Of a stretch of DNA of 64,000 nucleotides, positions 52,387 to 60,980 are shown piece by piece; the first letter of the stretch is position 1; each line of letters opens with the position of its first letter. A model generated the notes under the pieces. It searched no databases, had not been told where the DNA came from, and saw only the letters and a program-made list of their open reading frames with translations. The position numbers were made by a program, and so were the translations under genes. The DNA is from an archaeon (GTDB taxonomy: Archaea; Nanobdellota; Nanobdellia; Pacearchaeales; GW2011-AR1): contig JAUXAD010000001.1 in NCBI GenBank assembly GCA_030620045.1, positions 24,088 to 88,087 on the forward strand. The letters run 5' to 3'.

Positions 52387-52641
52387 TTACTTTTTAGCTT
52401 TTATTTTTTTTAAATGTATTGGCTCAATTAGGAACTTTTTTTCTTTGGCTTGGTCCTTAATTTTAATGATATATGCTTTTCCTCTTCTTTCTTCAATTAA
52501 TCCAGTTCTTCCTTGAAGTCTTGTCGGAAAACTTGATTGCACTGCTGGCTCTCTCACAATTGCTACAAAATCTCCTTTTTCCAACTCTTGGAAATATCTA
52601 CTAAATTGCAACTTTCCTTTAGTTCTAACTTTTTTTCTCAT
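52387..52641 (-). CDS. rpl21e: 50S ribosomal protein L21e
   Basis: QGRTG, RGKAY, PIHLK. Confidence 0.93.
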   Translation of the reverse strand: MRKKVRTKGKLQFSRYFQELEKGDFVAIVREPAVQSSFPTRLQGRTGLIEERRGKAYIIKIKDQAKEKKFLIEPIHLKKIKAKK

Positions 52642-52696
52642 AATTTACTCAAAAATGTTTTATTTAAAAAAGTATCTTTTATTTATTAATCTACTC

Positions 52697-53904
52697 TTAC
52701 TCATATCTCAAAGCATCAGCTGGCTTTAATTTTGCTGCTTGCATTGCAGGAAGAATTCCAGACAATGTTCCAGTTAAAAAAGAAAATAATAAGGCCCCCC
52801 AATCAAATACCAAGGAAAAGCTGCTTGAAGTAGGTCTGTACCAAGAGCAGTACTTGCAATGTATTCTGCACCCTTTCCTAAACCAATTCCAATACCGATA
52901 CCAATTGCTCCTCCAACTAATCCTAAAAGCCCTGATTCAAATAAGAAAATAAATAAAATATCAGAATTTTTTGCACCAACTGCTTTCATTGTTCCAATTT
53001 CTTTTGTTCTTTCTAAAACAGAAGTATACATAGTATTCATTATTCCAATACCTCCAACAAGTAAAGAAATAGCAGCAATACCTACTAATACTGCCTGCAC
53101 AATCCCGAAAATATTTGAGAAAGACTCTAAAAGCTGTTCAGAAGTTTGAACACTGAATGTTTCTTGGCCTTCTTTTTCTCCTCTTAAGTTTCTTAATTTT
53201 CTTTCAATTGTTTCAGCAACCTTGACAGGATCAAAACCAGCAGCAGTTTTTACAAGAATTTGGCTTTCTTCATCTTCAACATCTAAAATTTCTTTCAAAA
53301 TATCCTTAGAAACATATAATAAATTATCGTCAATAGGATTCCCTATTTTACTCACAACCCCAATAACTTTAAAATCATGGTTCTCAATTTCAATAGTACT
53401 TCCTATTTGTAATGATTTCTCCCAGGTATCTCCATAAATATGGTCATATCCAACAACAACTTTGAATTTGTCCTCATCTTTTAATCCTCTTCCATCAATA
53501 ACTTCTAAACCAGCCATTTCCATCATACGTTCAAAATCTATTTCTGTTAATCCAGTAGCAAAACCAATTCCTGCTTCCCCTTTGTATTTGGCTTGCCCCT
53601 GCTTTATCAAATAACCAGAAGCATATTCAACTCCTCTAACTCCTTCAATTACTTTCAAATCTTTTGAAGTTAATTTTAATGAGCCTGTTGCAGAACCAGG
53701 GGCCATCATACCTCTTGGTTGGATAATTATTTTATCACTTCCTAATTGTTCAAATTGCTCTTCAATAGCATTCTGAAGTCCTTGCCCCAAAGAAATCAAA
53801 GCCACAACAGCCGCAATACCAATAAAAATTCCGACCATAGTTAACCAAGAACGAAGTTTTCTTCTTTTAAGATTATTAAATGCTAAAAAGAAATAGTCTT
53901 TCAT
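52697..53904 (-). CDS. MacB/FtsX-type ABC transporter permease, frameshift at 52795-52800
   Basis: RSWLTMVGIFIG, GIMNTM...ERTKEIG; tail ALLFSFLTGTLSGILPAMQAAKLKPADALRYE* in another frame. Confidence 0.9.
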
Positions 53905-53905
53905 T

Positions 53906-54781
53906 TTAATTCCTCGTAGCTTTTAATTTTCGTTTTTTCATAATCCTATAAAATATATAACCTAAAACCAAAACTCCGCCTATGATATAAGGTGTATAAC
54001 TTGGTTTTTGTACAAGCCCTAAACTTTGCGCCTCTTTTAATGAATAAGTCTTTAAAATTACATTTTTACTCTCTATGAATTCTTTATTTGTAGCATCTTT
54101 AAATTTCAAAACAATAGGCAAATTTATTGTTCCAGAAGCATCCGCATTAACATATACTTCATATTCAATATTATCAAAATCATCACTATTTATATCTCCA
54201 ATATATTGTTCTTTTTCTGAAAGAAATTTTATACCTTTAACATTATCCACAATTAAGTAAACAAATTTAACATCTGCTAAACCAGAATTAACTATTTTTA
54301 CTGAAAAAACATTCTCTTTTCCTTTAATTAAAACTGTAGAATCTTCTAATGAAACTTTTAATTCTGGTTTTGAATTAACTGTGATACTAATTAATTCATA
54401 CTTTGTAGAAACATTTTTTTCTTCATCTTCGTAACTAATTTCTACAGGGATCTTATAAATCCCTGTGTCTGTTTCAGGTAGGGCAATTAATCTAAACTTA
54501 AAATCTTTTTCATCCCCCTCTTCTAATTCATCTAAAAACTTTTCTGAACTTGATTGATAAGGAGCAAAAGGAACATTTTCTAATTTTAATTTAACATTTA
54601 AATTTGTAACATCATATTCAAAAATGTTTTCAATTTCAATAAAAACTTCAACCACTTGTCCTGGAACTACTTCTTCTGGAGAACTTAATACATCAGTAAT
54701 TGAAATAGCTGAAATAAAGTTTAAACTAAAGAGAGCCATGCAAAATATGATTAAAATTTTTGATTTAATTTTATTTTCCAT
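53906..54781 (-). CDS. S-layer-domain-like (COG1361-type) exported protein
   Basis: Signal peptide, beta-rich repeats, C-terminal TM; between ABC genes. Confidence 0.7.
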   Translation of the reverse strand: MENKIKSKILIIFCMALFSLNFISAISITDVLSSPEEVVPGQVVEVFIEIENIFEYDVTNLNVKLKLENVPFAPYQSSSEKFLDELEEGDEKDFKFRLIALPETDTGIYKIPVEISYEDEEKNVSTKYELISITVNSKPELKVSLEDSTVLIKGKENVFSVKIVNSGLADVKFVYLIVDNVKGIKFLSEKEQYIGDINSDDFDNIEYEVYVNADASGTINLPIVLKFKDATNKEFIESKNVILKTYSLKEAQSLGLVQKPSYTPYIIGGVLVLGYIFYRIMKKRKLKATRN

Positions 54782-55454
54782 GCTTTACTATCCTCCCATC
54801 CTGTATTTTTAAAATTTTCTGCGCATGATTTAAAAGATTAATGTCGTGGGTAACTAAGATTATTGTTTTTCCTTTTTTATTTAAATCTTTAAACAATTTC
54901 ATAATTTCTGCTCCTGTTTTTGTATCTAAATTTCCAGTTGGTTCATCAGCAAGAATAACTTCAGGATCATTTGCTAAGGCTCTCCCAATAGCAACTCTTT
55001 GCCTTTCTCCACCAGAAAGTTCATTTGGAAGATGATTTTTTCTATGACTTAATCTAACATTTTCTAAAATTTTTTCAGCCCTTTTTATTCTTTCATCTCT
55101 GTCTACACCCTGAAAAATCATTGGCAGTGTAATATTTTCCAATGCAGTCAAAGTTGGTATTAAATTAAATGTTTGAAATACAAATCCTATCTTTCTCCCT
55201 CTTATCTGCGCTAATTTAGATTCTTCTAAATGTTCAATGTTCTGCCCATCCAAGAAAATATCCCCTTTTGTAGCCAAATCAAGAGCTCCAACCATATTCA
55301 TCATAGTTGATTTACCCGAACCACTTGGCCCAATAATAACTATAAAATCTCCTTTTTTTATCTCTAAATCGATTCCTTCAACAGCTTGAACTATTGAATC
55401 CCCCATTTTGTAATCTTTATGCACATTATCAAGTTTGATGATTGTTTGTTTCAT
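54771..55454 (-). CDS. ABC transporter ATP-binding protein (LolD/MacB-like)
   Basis: GPSGSGKST, LSGGERQR, DEPTGNLD. Confidence 0.95.
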   Translation of the reverse strand: MKQTIIKLDNVHKDYKMGDSIVQAVEGIDLEIKKGDFIVIIGPSGSGKSTMMNMVGALDLATKGDIFLDGQNIEHLEESKLAQIRGRKIGFVFQTFNLIPTLTALENITLPMIFQGVDRDERIKRAEKILENVRLSHRKNHLPNELSGGERQRVAIGRALANDPEVILADEPTGNLDTKTGAEIMKLFKDLNKKGKTIILVTHDINLLNHAQKILKIQDGRIVKHGK

Positions 55455-55571
55455 ATTTTTTCTCAGAATTAGGTTTCTGAAGCACCAACACCTCTAATTT
55501 ATACAATATAATGTTTATTTAAAGTTAACTGTGATAGTAAGTTTTAAAAATAAAGATATTGAATTAATAAT

Positions 55572-55769
55572 ATGATAATCCCTGTTAGATGCTTTTCATG
55601 TGGAAAACCTATTGGCCATTTATGGGAAGAGTACAAAAAAAGAGTTGCAGAAGGAGAAAAATCTAAAAAAGTTTTAGATGAGTTTGGGTTAGAAAGACCT
55701 TGTTGCAGGTCTGTGTTCTTAGGACAAATTGATTTGATTGAACTTGTTGGAAAGTTTAAGAAGAGCTAA
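55572..55769 (+). CDS. rpoN: RNA polymerase subunit N (Rpo10)
   Basis: MIIPVRCFSCGK...RPCCR. Confidence 0.96.
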   Translation: MIIPVRCFSCGKPIGHLWEEYKKRVAEGEKSKKVLDEFGLERPCCRSVFLGQIDLIELVGKFKKS

Positions 55770-55812
55770 AGTCCAATACAAATATTTAAAAATTTTAAAT
55801 ATATCTTGTTTT

Positions 55813-55965
55813 ATGAAAAGACTTTCTGATTTATTAGAATATATAAAAAATAAGAGATTTGTTAGAAGATATGAATCTAATAGTGAAAATTATGAAGGAG
55901 GAATTCTTTTGGCTAATTCAGATTATTGTGACGCTTCTGTCGATGTAATCTTATTTAAAAATTAA
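55813..55965 (+). CDS. small hypothetical protein
   Basis: MKRLSDLLEY..., TATA-like element upstream. Confidence 0.35.
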   Translation: MKRLSDLLEYIKNKRFVRRYESNSENYEGGILLANSDYCDASVDVILFKN

Positions 55966-55972
55966 AGAAAAT

Positions 55973-56088
55973 GAAAGACAGCTTGATGGTTTGGCTTCTT
56001 GTAGGAAACTACTGCCACTAACATAGGAAGCTTAACTTCTGTGTTCGGAATGAGAACAGGTGTTTCCAACCTATTATGGCCGTCTTCA
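55973..56088 (-). rRNA. rrf: 5S rRNA (stand-alone)
   Basis: GAAGACGGCCAT...CTCATTCCGAACACAGAAGTTAAGC...GCTGTCTT; ends pair as helix I. Confidence 0.92.
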
Positions 56089-56149
56089 AATATATCTAAA
56101 ATCAAACCCTTATAAAGTTTTTTATATCCGCAATTCCCATTAATTTCAT

Positions 56150-56233
56150 GCGGAAGTGCCGGAGTGGTCAAACGGGATGCGTTAAGGGCGCATTAGCTTA
56201 GTGCTTACGTGGGTTCGAATCCTTCCTTCCGCA
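56150..56233 (+). tRNA. tRNA-Leu(AAG)
   Basis: ATGCG-TTAAGGG-CGCAT anticodon arm; body identical to tRNA-Leu(CAA). Confidence 0.9.
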
Positions 56234-56320
56234 TAATAAGTTTTATAAAGGATTATCTGTTCGGATTTTTACCTGCGAGTTAATCGCGTTAGCGGGATCT
56301 TATGATTCTGTTATAATAGA

Positions 56321-56689
56321 ATGAAATCAAAAACACTTATAGAAAAACAATTGCAAAGGAAAAAGAATTCAGAGCTAGTTAAAACTATAATTGCTGCTAA
56401 GAAAAATGATAGCTGGATTGAAATAGCTAAAATTCTTTCTGGTCCAAGAAAGAAAAGAGTAGAGATTAACCTTGAAGATATAAGTAAGAAAGCAGAAGAA
56501 GGAGAAACTATTGTAATTCCTGGAAAAGTTCTTTCTCAAGGGGAATTTAATAAAAAGGTAAAAATTATTGCCTTAAATTTTTCTGAAAAGGCTAAAGAAA
56601 AACTATTAAAAGCTAAATGTGAAGTTTTTAGTATATTGGAAGAAATTAAATTAAATCCTGAAGCTAAAGGGATTAGAATTTTGAAATGA
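56321..56689 (+). CDS. rpl18e: 50S ribosomal protein L18e
   Basis: IVIPGKVLSQG, FSEKAKEK. Confidence 0.94.
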   Translation: MKSKTLIEKQLQRKKNSELVKTIIAAKKNDSWIEIAKILSGPRKKRVEINLEDISKKAEEGETIVIPGKVLSQGEFNKKVKIIALNFSEKAKEKLLKAKCEVFSILEEIKLNPEAKGIRILK

Positions 56690-57078
56690 AAATCATTGAC
56701 GGAAGAAATGCAGTTTTAGGAAGATTAGCTAGTTATATTGCTAAAGAAGCTTTGAAAGGAGAAGAGGTAGTTATTTTAAATTGCGAACAAATAATAATTA
56801 CTGGGAATAAAAAAAGTATTAAAGAAAGTTTTGAAATTAAAAGAAGTAGAGTAGGAAGTAGTCAAAAAGGTCCAAAACATTCCAAGACAAGTGAAGGGAT
56901 AGTTAAAAGGGCTATAAGGGGTATGCTCCCTGACCATAGAGAAGGGAGAGGTAAGATAGCTTATAAAAAAATAAAGTGTTATACTGGAGTTCCAAAAGAA
57001 TTTCAAGAATCTAAAAAAATTGTTGGTGGAAAGGAAAAAGGAATTAAATTTATTCAAATAAAAGAAATTGCGAAATAA
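56686..57078 (+). CDS. rpl13: 50S ribosomal protein L13
   Basis: IDGRNAVLGRLAS, IRGMLP. Confidence 0.95.
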   Translation: MKIIDGRNAVLGRLASYIAKEALKGEEVVILNCEQIIITGNKKSIKESFEIKRSRVGSSQKGPKHSKTSEGIVKRAIRGMLPDHREGRGKIAYKKIKCYTGVPKEFQESKKIVGGKEKGIKFIQIKEIAK

Positions 57079-57081
57079 ACA

Positions 57082-57483
57082 ATGAAAAAAATAATTACCT
57101 CTGGAAAAAGAAAGACAGCAATTGCAAGAGCTGTGCTTACAGAGGGTTCTGGAAAAATTAGTATAAACAAAAAGGATTACAAAACCTTACAGACATTTGA
57201 TACACTTAAAATTGAAGAGCCAGTTAGGATTGCTGAAAATATTCTTGGGAAAATAAATTTTGATGTTTTAATTAATGTAAAAGGTGGAGGAGAAAAAAGC
57301 CAAGTTGAGGCTGCTAGACTTGCCTTAACAAAAGCAATTATTAAATTTTCAAACAGCGACGAGTTAACAAAAGCATATTTAGATTATGACAGAAATCTAC
57401 TTGTTGCAGATGTTAGAAGAAAAGAAGCATATAAACCCGGAGATAGTAAAGCAAGGAAGAAAAGGCAGAGTTCTAAGAGATAA
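57082..57483 (+). CDS. rps9: 30S ribosomal protein S9
   Basis: SGKRKTAIARA, YDRNLLVADVR. Confidence 0.95.
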   Translation: MKKIITSGKRKTAIARAVLTEGSGKISINKKDYKTLQTFDTLKIEEPVRIAENILGKINFDVLINVKGGGEKSQVEAARLALTKAIIKFSNSDELTKAYLDYDRNLLVADVRRKEAYKPGDSKARKKRQSSKR

Positions 57484-57491
57484 TTAAAAAC

Positions 57492-57791
57492 TTATCTAAA
57501 CTTGAACAAGTATTTATTTAAATCAATTCTTTTATTATTAATTTCTACTCCTTCTGATTTTAATAATTTTATTTTTCTTTTTGTTCCAGAAGCAAAACCT
57601 CCGACGTGACCATTTGAATTAACAACACGATGACAGGGAACTTGCGGAGCGTATGGATTTTTGTTCATCGCATTACCGACTGCACGATAAGCTTTAGTGC
57701 CTAGAGTTTTTGCAATTTCTTTATAAGTTGTTACTTTTCCTTTTGGAACTTGTTTTAAAAGAGTGTAACATTTTTGGTTGAAGGTTGTCAT
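57492..57791 (-). CDS. ogt: O6-methylguanine-DNA methyltransferase (single domain)
   Basis: GKVTTY, RAVGNA, PCHRV. Confidence 0.92.
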   Translation of the reverse strand: MTTFNQKCYTLLKQVPKGKVTTYKEIAKTLGTKAYRAVGNAMNKNPYAPQVPCHRVVNSNGHVGGFASGTKRKIKLLKSEGVEINNKRIDLNKYLFKFR

Positions 57792-58555
57792 TTTATCCCC
57801 AACTTCTCCAATTTATTTTGAACATGATTAAATAATGTTGAAGATATTAATGATTGGTGGGAACCCTGATGTATCTGCCCATCGAATTTTATTTTTCCCA
57901 AATAAGTTTGATTTTTTAGGATTTTTTTAAGCCCATTGACAGAAAAGCCATATTTTTTTGCTAATTGTGTGAGACTTATGGTTTTATTTAGAAACTCTTG
58001 ATAAATTTCCTGAACTAAATAAGAATCTTCTGCTGGAATAAGTTTTTTGTTTTCTAATTTATAACCAAAAGCAGCTCTTGATACTATATTCCCATCACGA
58101 GCCTGTTTGTCCATTGAGAATTTTGTTCTCTCGCTTGTGACATTTCTTTCAAATTCTGCAAATGCTGAAATTATGTGAAACATTAGCTTTCCAGAAGCAG
58201 AAGTTGTTTCTATTTTATCTTGCAAGGAAATGAAATCTATACCCCAATCTTTTAATTGTTCTATTGTTTCAATAAGATCTCTAAGACTCCTTGAAAATCT
58301 ATCTAACTTATAGATAAAAATTGCTTGAAATTTGTGAGTTTTGGCATCTTCTAACATCTGTCTCATTTCAGGTCTTCCTTTAATGTCTTTTCCAGATTTC
58401 CCTTCATCTCTATAAACCTTAAGAACATCATATCCTAGAGCAGAAGCATAATTTTTCAATGCCTCTTCTTGTGCTGAGAGAGATACTCCTTGCTTTGCTT
58501 GTTCTTCTGTTGAAACACGGATGTAAATTGCTCCTAGGGGTTTTGATGGTGTCAT
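57788..58555 (-). CDS. serine recombinase (resolvase domain + short recombinase domain)
   Basis: YIRVST, GKSG, LDRFSRS, AEFER, YLGKI. Confidence 0.93.
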   Translation of the reverse strand: MTPSKPLGAIYIRVSTEEQAKQGVSLSAQEEALKNYASALGYDVLKVYRDEGKSGKDIKGRPEMRQMLEDAKTHKFQAIFIYKLDRFSRSLRDLIETIEQLKDWGIDFISLQDKIETTSASGKLMFHIISAFAEFERNVTSERTKFSMDKQARDGNIVSRAAFGYKLENKKLIPAEDSYLVQEIYQEFLNKTISLTQLAKKYGFSVNGLKKILKNQTYLGKIKFDGQIHQGSHQSLISSTLFNHVQNKLEKLGIK

Positions 58556-59505
58556 TTTATTAATTTAAGGAACTTATTCAATGAAAAATTCTTAATAGTT
58601 TTGTAGCTTTTAATCATTTCATCATTCCATTTATCAATTTTTCTTGTTTGATCTTTATGTTGCTTTTTTTGTTTTTCATCCCAAGCAATAACTCCAAGAT
58701 ACCTATTTTGAATAAAATAATACAGGGCTTTTTTCTCTTCTTTATTTAATTTCACATATTTTTGATATTCTCTTAAATATAATTTTAGATGTTTTTTCTT
58801 AATTTCATTTTTTTTAATAAATGAATGAGAGATAAAGTTAGCTATTTCTTGAACAAGAAAATCTTCGTGCACATCATCCCAATCAATAATCGCTTTTAAT
58901 TTGTTTTTGTCGACAATGAGATTACAAGAATGAAAATCTCCATGAATTACGCTTTTTCTCAATTTTCTTTTATTTAATTTTCTTATTTCTTTTAAAAGAT
59001 AACTTTCTTCTTTTGTAAAATCAAAATCTCCTATTATCCCTGCTCTCTCATCCATTCTTTTAAATTGAAAATCTCTTTTCCAAACATATTTTCCTTCTAG
59101 CTTCATTTTCATGAGATTTTTATTTAATTTAGCTTGTTTTTTAGCTATATCTTTTACTAAGCTATTTGTAAATTTTTTTGGTTCTCTCCCACTTACAAAT
59201 TTTTGAATTAGAATTCTGTGATTCTTATAAAAATGCAGATCTTTTTTTTGTTTTGTTTTCATAATTTCGGCTATAGGGAGTCCTTTTTTAAATGCGAAAT
59301 TCATTATTCTTACCTGATAATTTATATAATTTGGATCAGATTTTTCATATATTTTTAAGATATATTTTGCCTTGCTTGTCCAAAAGAAGTAAACTGTATT
59401 TTGAAGTGCCAAAGTAACATGTTTGCTTAATCTATATTTTCCAATAGCATACTTTTCTAGGATTTTTTCAAAATCTTTTTTTGAGAGTTTTGTTAGGATT
59501 GTCAT
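58552..59505 (-). CDS. homoserine kinase type II / APH-family phosphotransferase
   Basis: MTILTKLS, IHGDFH..N, IIDWDD. Confidence 0.85.
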   Translation of the reverse strand: MTILTKLSKKDFEKILEKYAIGKYRLSKHVTLALQNTVYFFWTSKAKYILKIYEKSDPNYINYQVRIMNFAFKKGLPIAEIMKTKQKKDLHFYKNHRILIQKFVSGREPKKFTNSLVKDIAKKQAKLNKNLMKMKLEGKYVWKRDFQFKRMDERAGIIGDFDFTKEESYLLKEIRKLNKRKLRKSVIHGDFHSCNLIVDKNKLKAIIDWDDVHEDFLVQEIANFISHSFIKKNEIKKKHLKLYLREYQKYVKLNKEEKKALYYFIQNRYLGVIAWDEKQKKQHKDQTRKIDKWNDEMIKSYKTIKNFSLNKFLKLIK

Positions 59506-59525
59506 TTTCCTCTTTAAATGTGAAC

Positions 59526-59570
59526 TTAGGTTAGGAAAGGTCAGGTTCACGATGCTTTAGGGTGCCCTAA
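59526..59570. promoter_or_regulatory. DtxR/MntR-like operator candidates
   Basis: TTAGGGTGCCCTAA (59557-59570) abutting a minus-strand TATA box; TTAGGTTAG at 59526. Confidence 0.4.
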
Positions 59571-59614
59571 GTATATAAATTTAACGTAGAAAAGGAAAAA
59601 TTAAAGAAATTTGA

Positions 59615-59929
59615 TTAATCCATTTCGCTATATCCGGGCTCCATTGCATCAATTCTTCTTTGAACTGGTTTTTTGAACCTAGGTGAGGTTTGCGCAATAG
59701 TTTTTTCAATTCCTAAGATATGGTCTCTTACACCAGAAAGATATTTTTGGATGTCTTCTATTGGGACGATTGAAGCATAAGATGTATCTTTTTGATTGAT
59801 TACAATATGAGAAATTTCACCAGTTAAATTATGTCTCTCAAGATTTAAAGAATCTTTCTTTAGAACTCCCACTTGATGTAAGATTCCATCAAGAATGTAC
59901 CATTCTCCTTCTTGTAATTGTATTCGCAT
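59615..59929 (-). CDS. hypothetical protein
   Basis: 104 aa ORF. Confidence 0.55.
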   Translation of the reverse strand: MRIQLQEGEWYILDGILHQVGVLKKDSLNLERHNLTGEISHIVINQKDTSYASIVPIEDIQKYLSGVRDHILGIEKTIAQTSPRFKKPVQRRIDAMEPGYSEMD

Positions 59930-60117
59930 TGCTTTAGGATATAATTCCCCTTTTTAAGAATTATTGTTATGAAGGCCATTCATTTGAGTGTCTCAATAAT
60001 ATCTTATAGGATTTGCTTAAGAGTGTGCAAGGTTGTAGTTATATAAGTCCTCTTAAATTTTTCAATTAATTTATTAGGCGCGGGTTGTGCACTAAGGCTA
60101 CCTTAGTTCGATAGCTT

Positions 60118-60232
60118 TTTATGCTGTTAGATGTTTGCGGCTGTTTAAACAGGCTGTCCAAGGGTGTTTTTTTGAACAAACAGCTGTTTTTCCATAAGAA
60201 ACCTGGGTCTTCGACACTCTTTACCGTCGAAG
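60118..60232. promoter_or_regulatory. cluster of palindromic motifs upstream of the 60293 gene
   Basis: CTGTTTAAACAG, AAACAGCTGTTT, ORB-like TTCCATAAGAAAC, CTTCGAC-N10-GTCGAAG. Confidence 0.7.
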
Positions 60233-60292
60233 GAAAAGAAGTTTTATCGTCGGGAACAAAAGATTTTTAAAGTTAGTTTTGCAAAGATTATC

Positions 60293-60919
60293 ATGTTTGG
60301 GTGGTTTTTTGGAAAAAAAGAGGTTGAAAGAGTAAAAGAAGAAACAAAAAAGGGTTTTGAATCTGTAAAAAAAGATGTGGCTTCTGTTAGTGGTTGGATT
60401 AAACACCTTGATTCTGAAAAAAATTTTCAAAAAAGAGAAATAGAAGACATAAAAGACGTTTTATCGACGATAAAAGAAGAGCTTGAAGGTTTAAAAAATA
60501 TAATTTCCATCATAGGGGAATTGAAATCTAGTGGGGTGTTTAAAACAAACAAACAGCTGTCCAATAAACAAACAGCTGTTTATGCTGTTCAAACAGGTGT
60601 TCAAACAGGTGTTCAAACACCAAAATTAGACCAATTTTCAATAACTGAAAGAGCAATACTTTGGATCTTGCTAAATACAGATATGAAATTAAGTTATGAT
60701 GATTTAGCAGCTATGCTAGGAAAAGAAAGATCTACTATTAGAGGGCAAATAAATACAATAAAACAGAAAAGTGAGGGCCTAATAGAAGAAGCAATTGAAA
60801 GAAATGGTAAAAAAAGAGTGTTTATTCCTGAAAAAGTCAAAGAAAAAATGCTTAAAAAGACAAAAGTGAGGATTAAAAATAATAAAAAGGGCTCTAAACA
60901 GAGAGTTTCAGAGTATTAA
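60293..60919 (+). CDS. coiled-coil + C-terminal winged-HTH protein
   Basis: Heptad-rich N-half; TERAILWILL...LSYDDLAAMLGKERSTIRGQINTIKQK. Confidence 0.8.
   Translation: MFGWFFGKKEVERVKEETKKGFESVKKDVASVSGWIKHLDSEKNFQKREIEDIKDVLSTIKEELEGLKNIISIIGELKSSGVFKTNKQLSNKQTAVYAVQTGVQTGVQTPKLDQFSITERAILWILLNTDMKLSYDDLAAMLGKERSTIRGQINTIKQKSEGLIEEAIERNGKKRVFIPEKVKEKMLKKTKVRIKNNKKGSKQRVSEY
60536..60620 (+). repeat. AAACAGCTGT and 12-bp TGTTCAAACAGG-type repeats inside CDS linker
   Basis: 2x AAACAAACAGCTGT, 3x TGTTCAAACA at 12-bp period. Confidence 0.85.
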
Positions 60920-60980
60920 GTATACAAAAGTGAGAATATAATAGCAGGGATTATAGTTATTCGGTGAAGAGGAAAACTAA

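Noticed and set aside
55962-56171. 69-aa ORF in the track
   Set aside because: Overlaps the 5S rRNA and tRNA-Leu
59520-59550. SRP RNA fragment
   Set aside because: Hairpin lacks the conserved helix 8 CAGG/GNRA/AGCA motif and is too short
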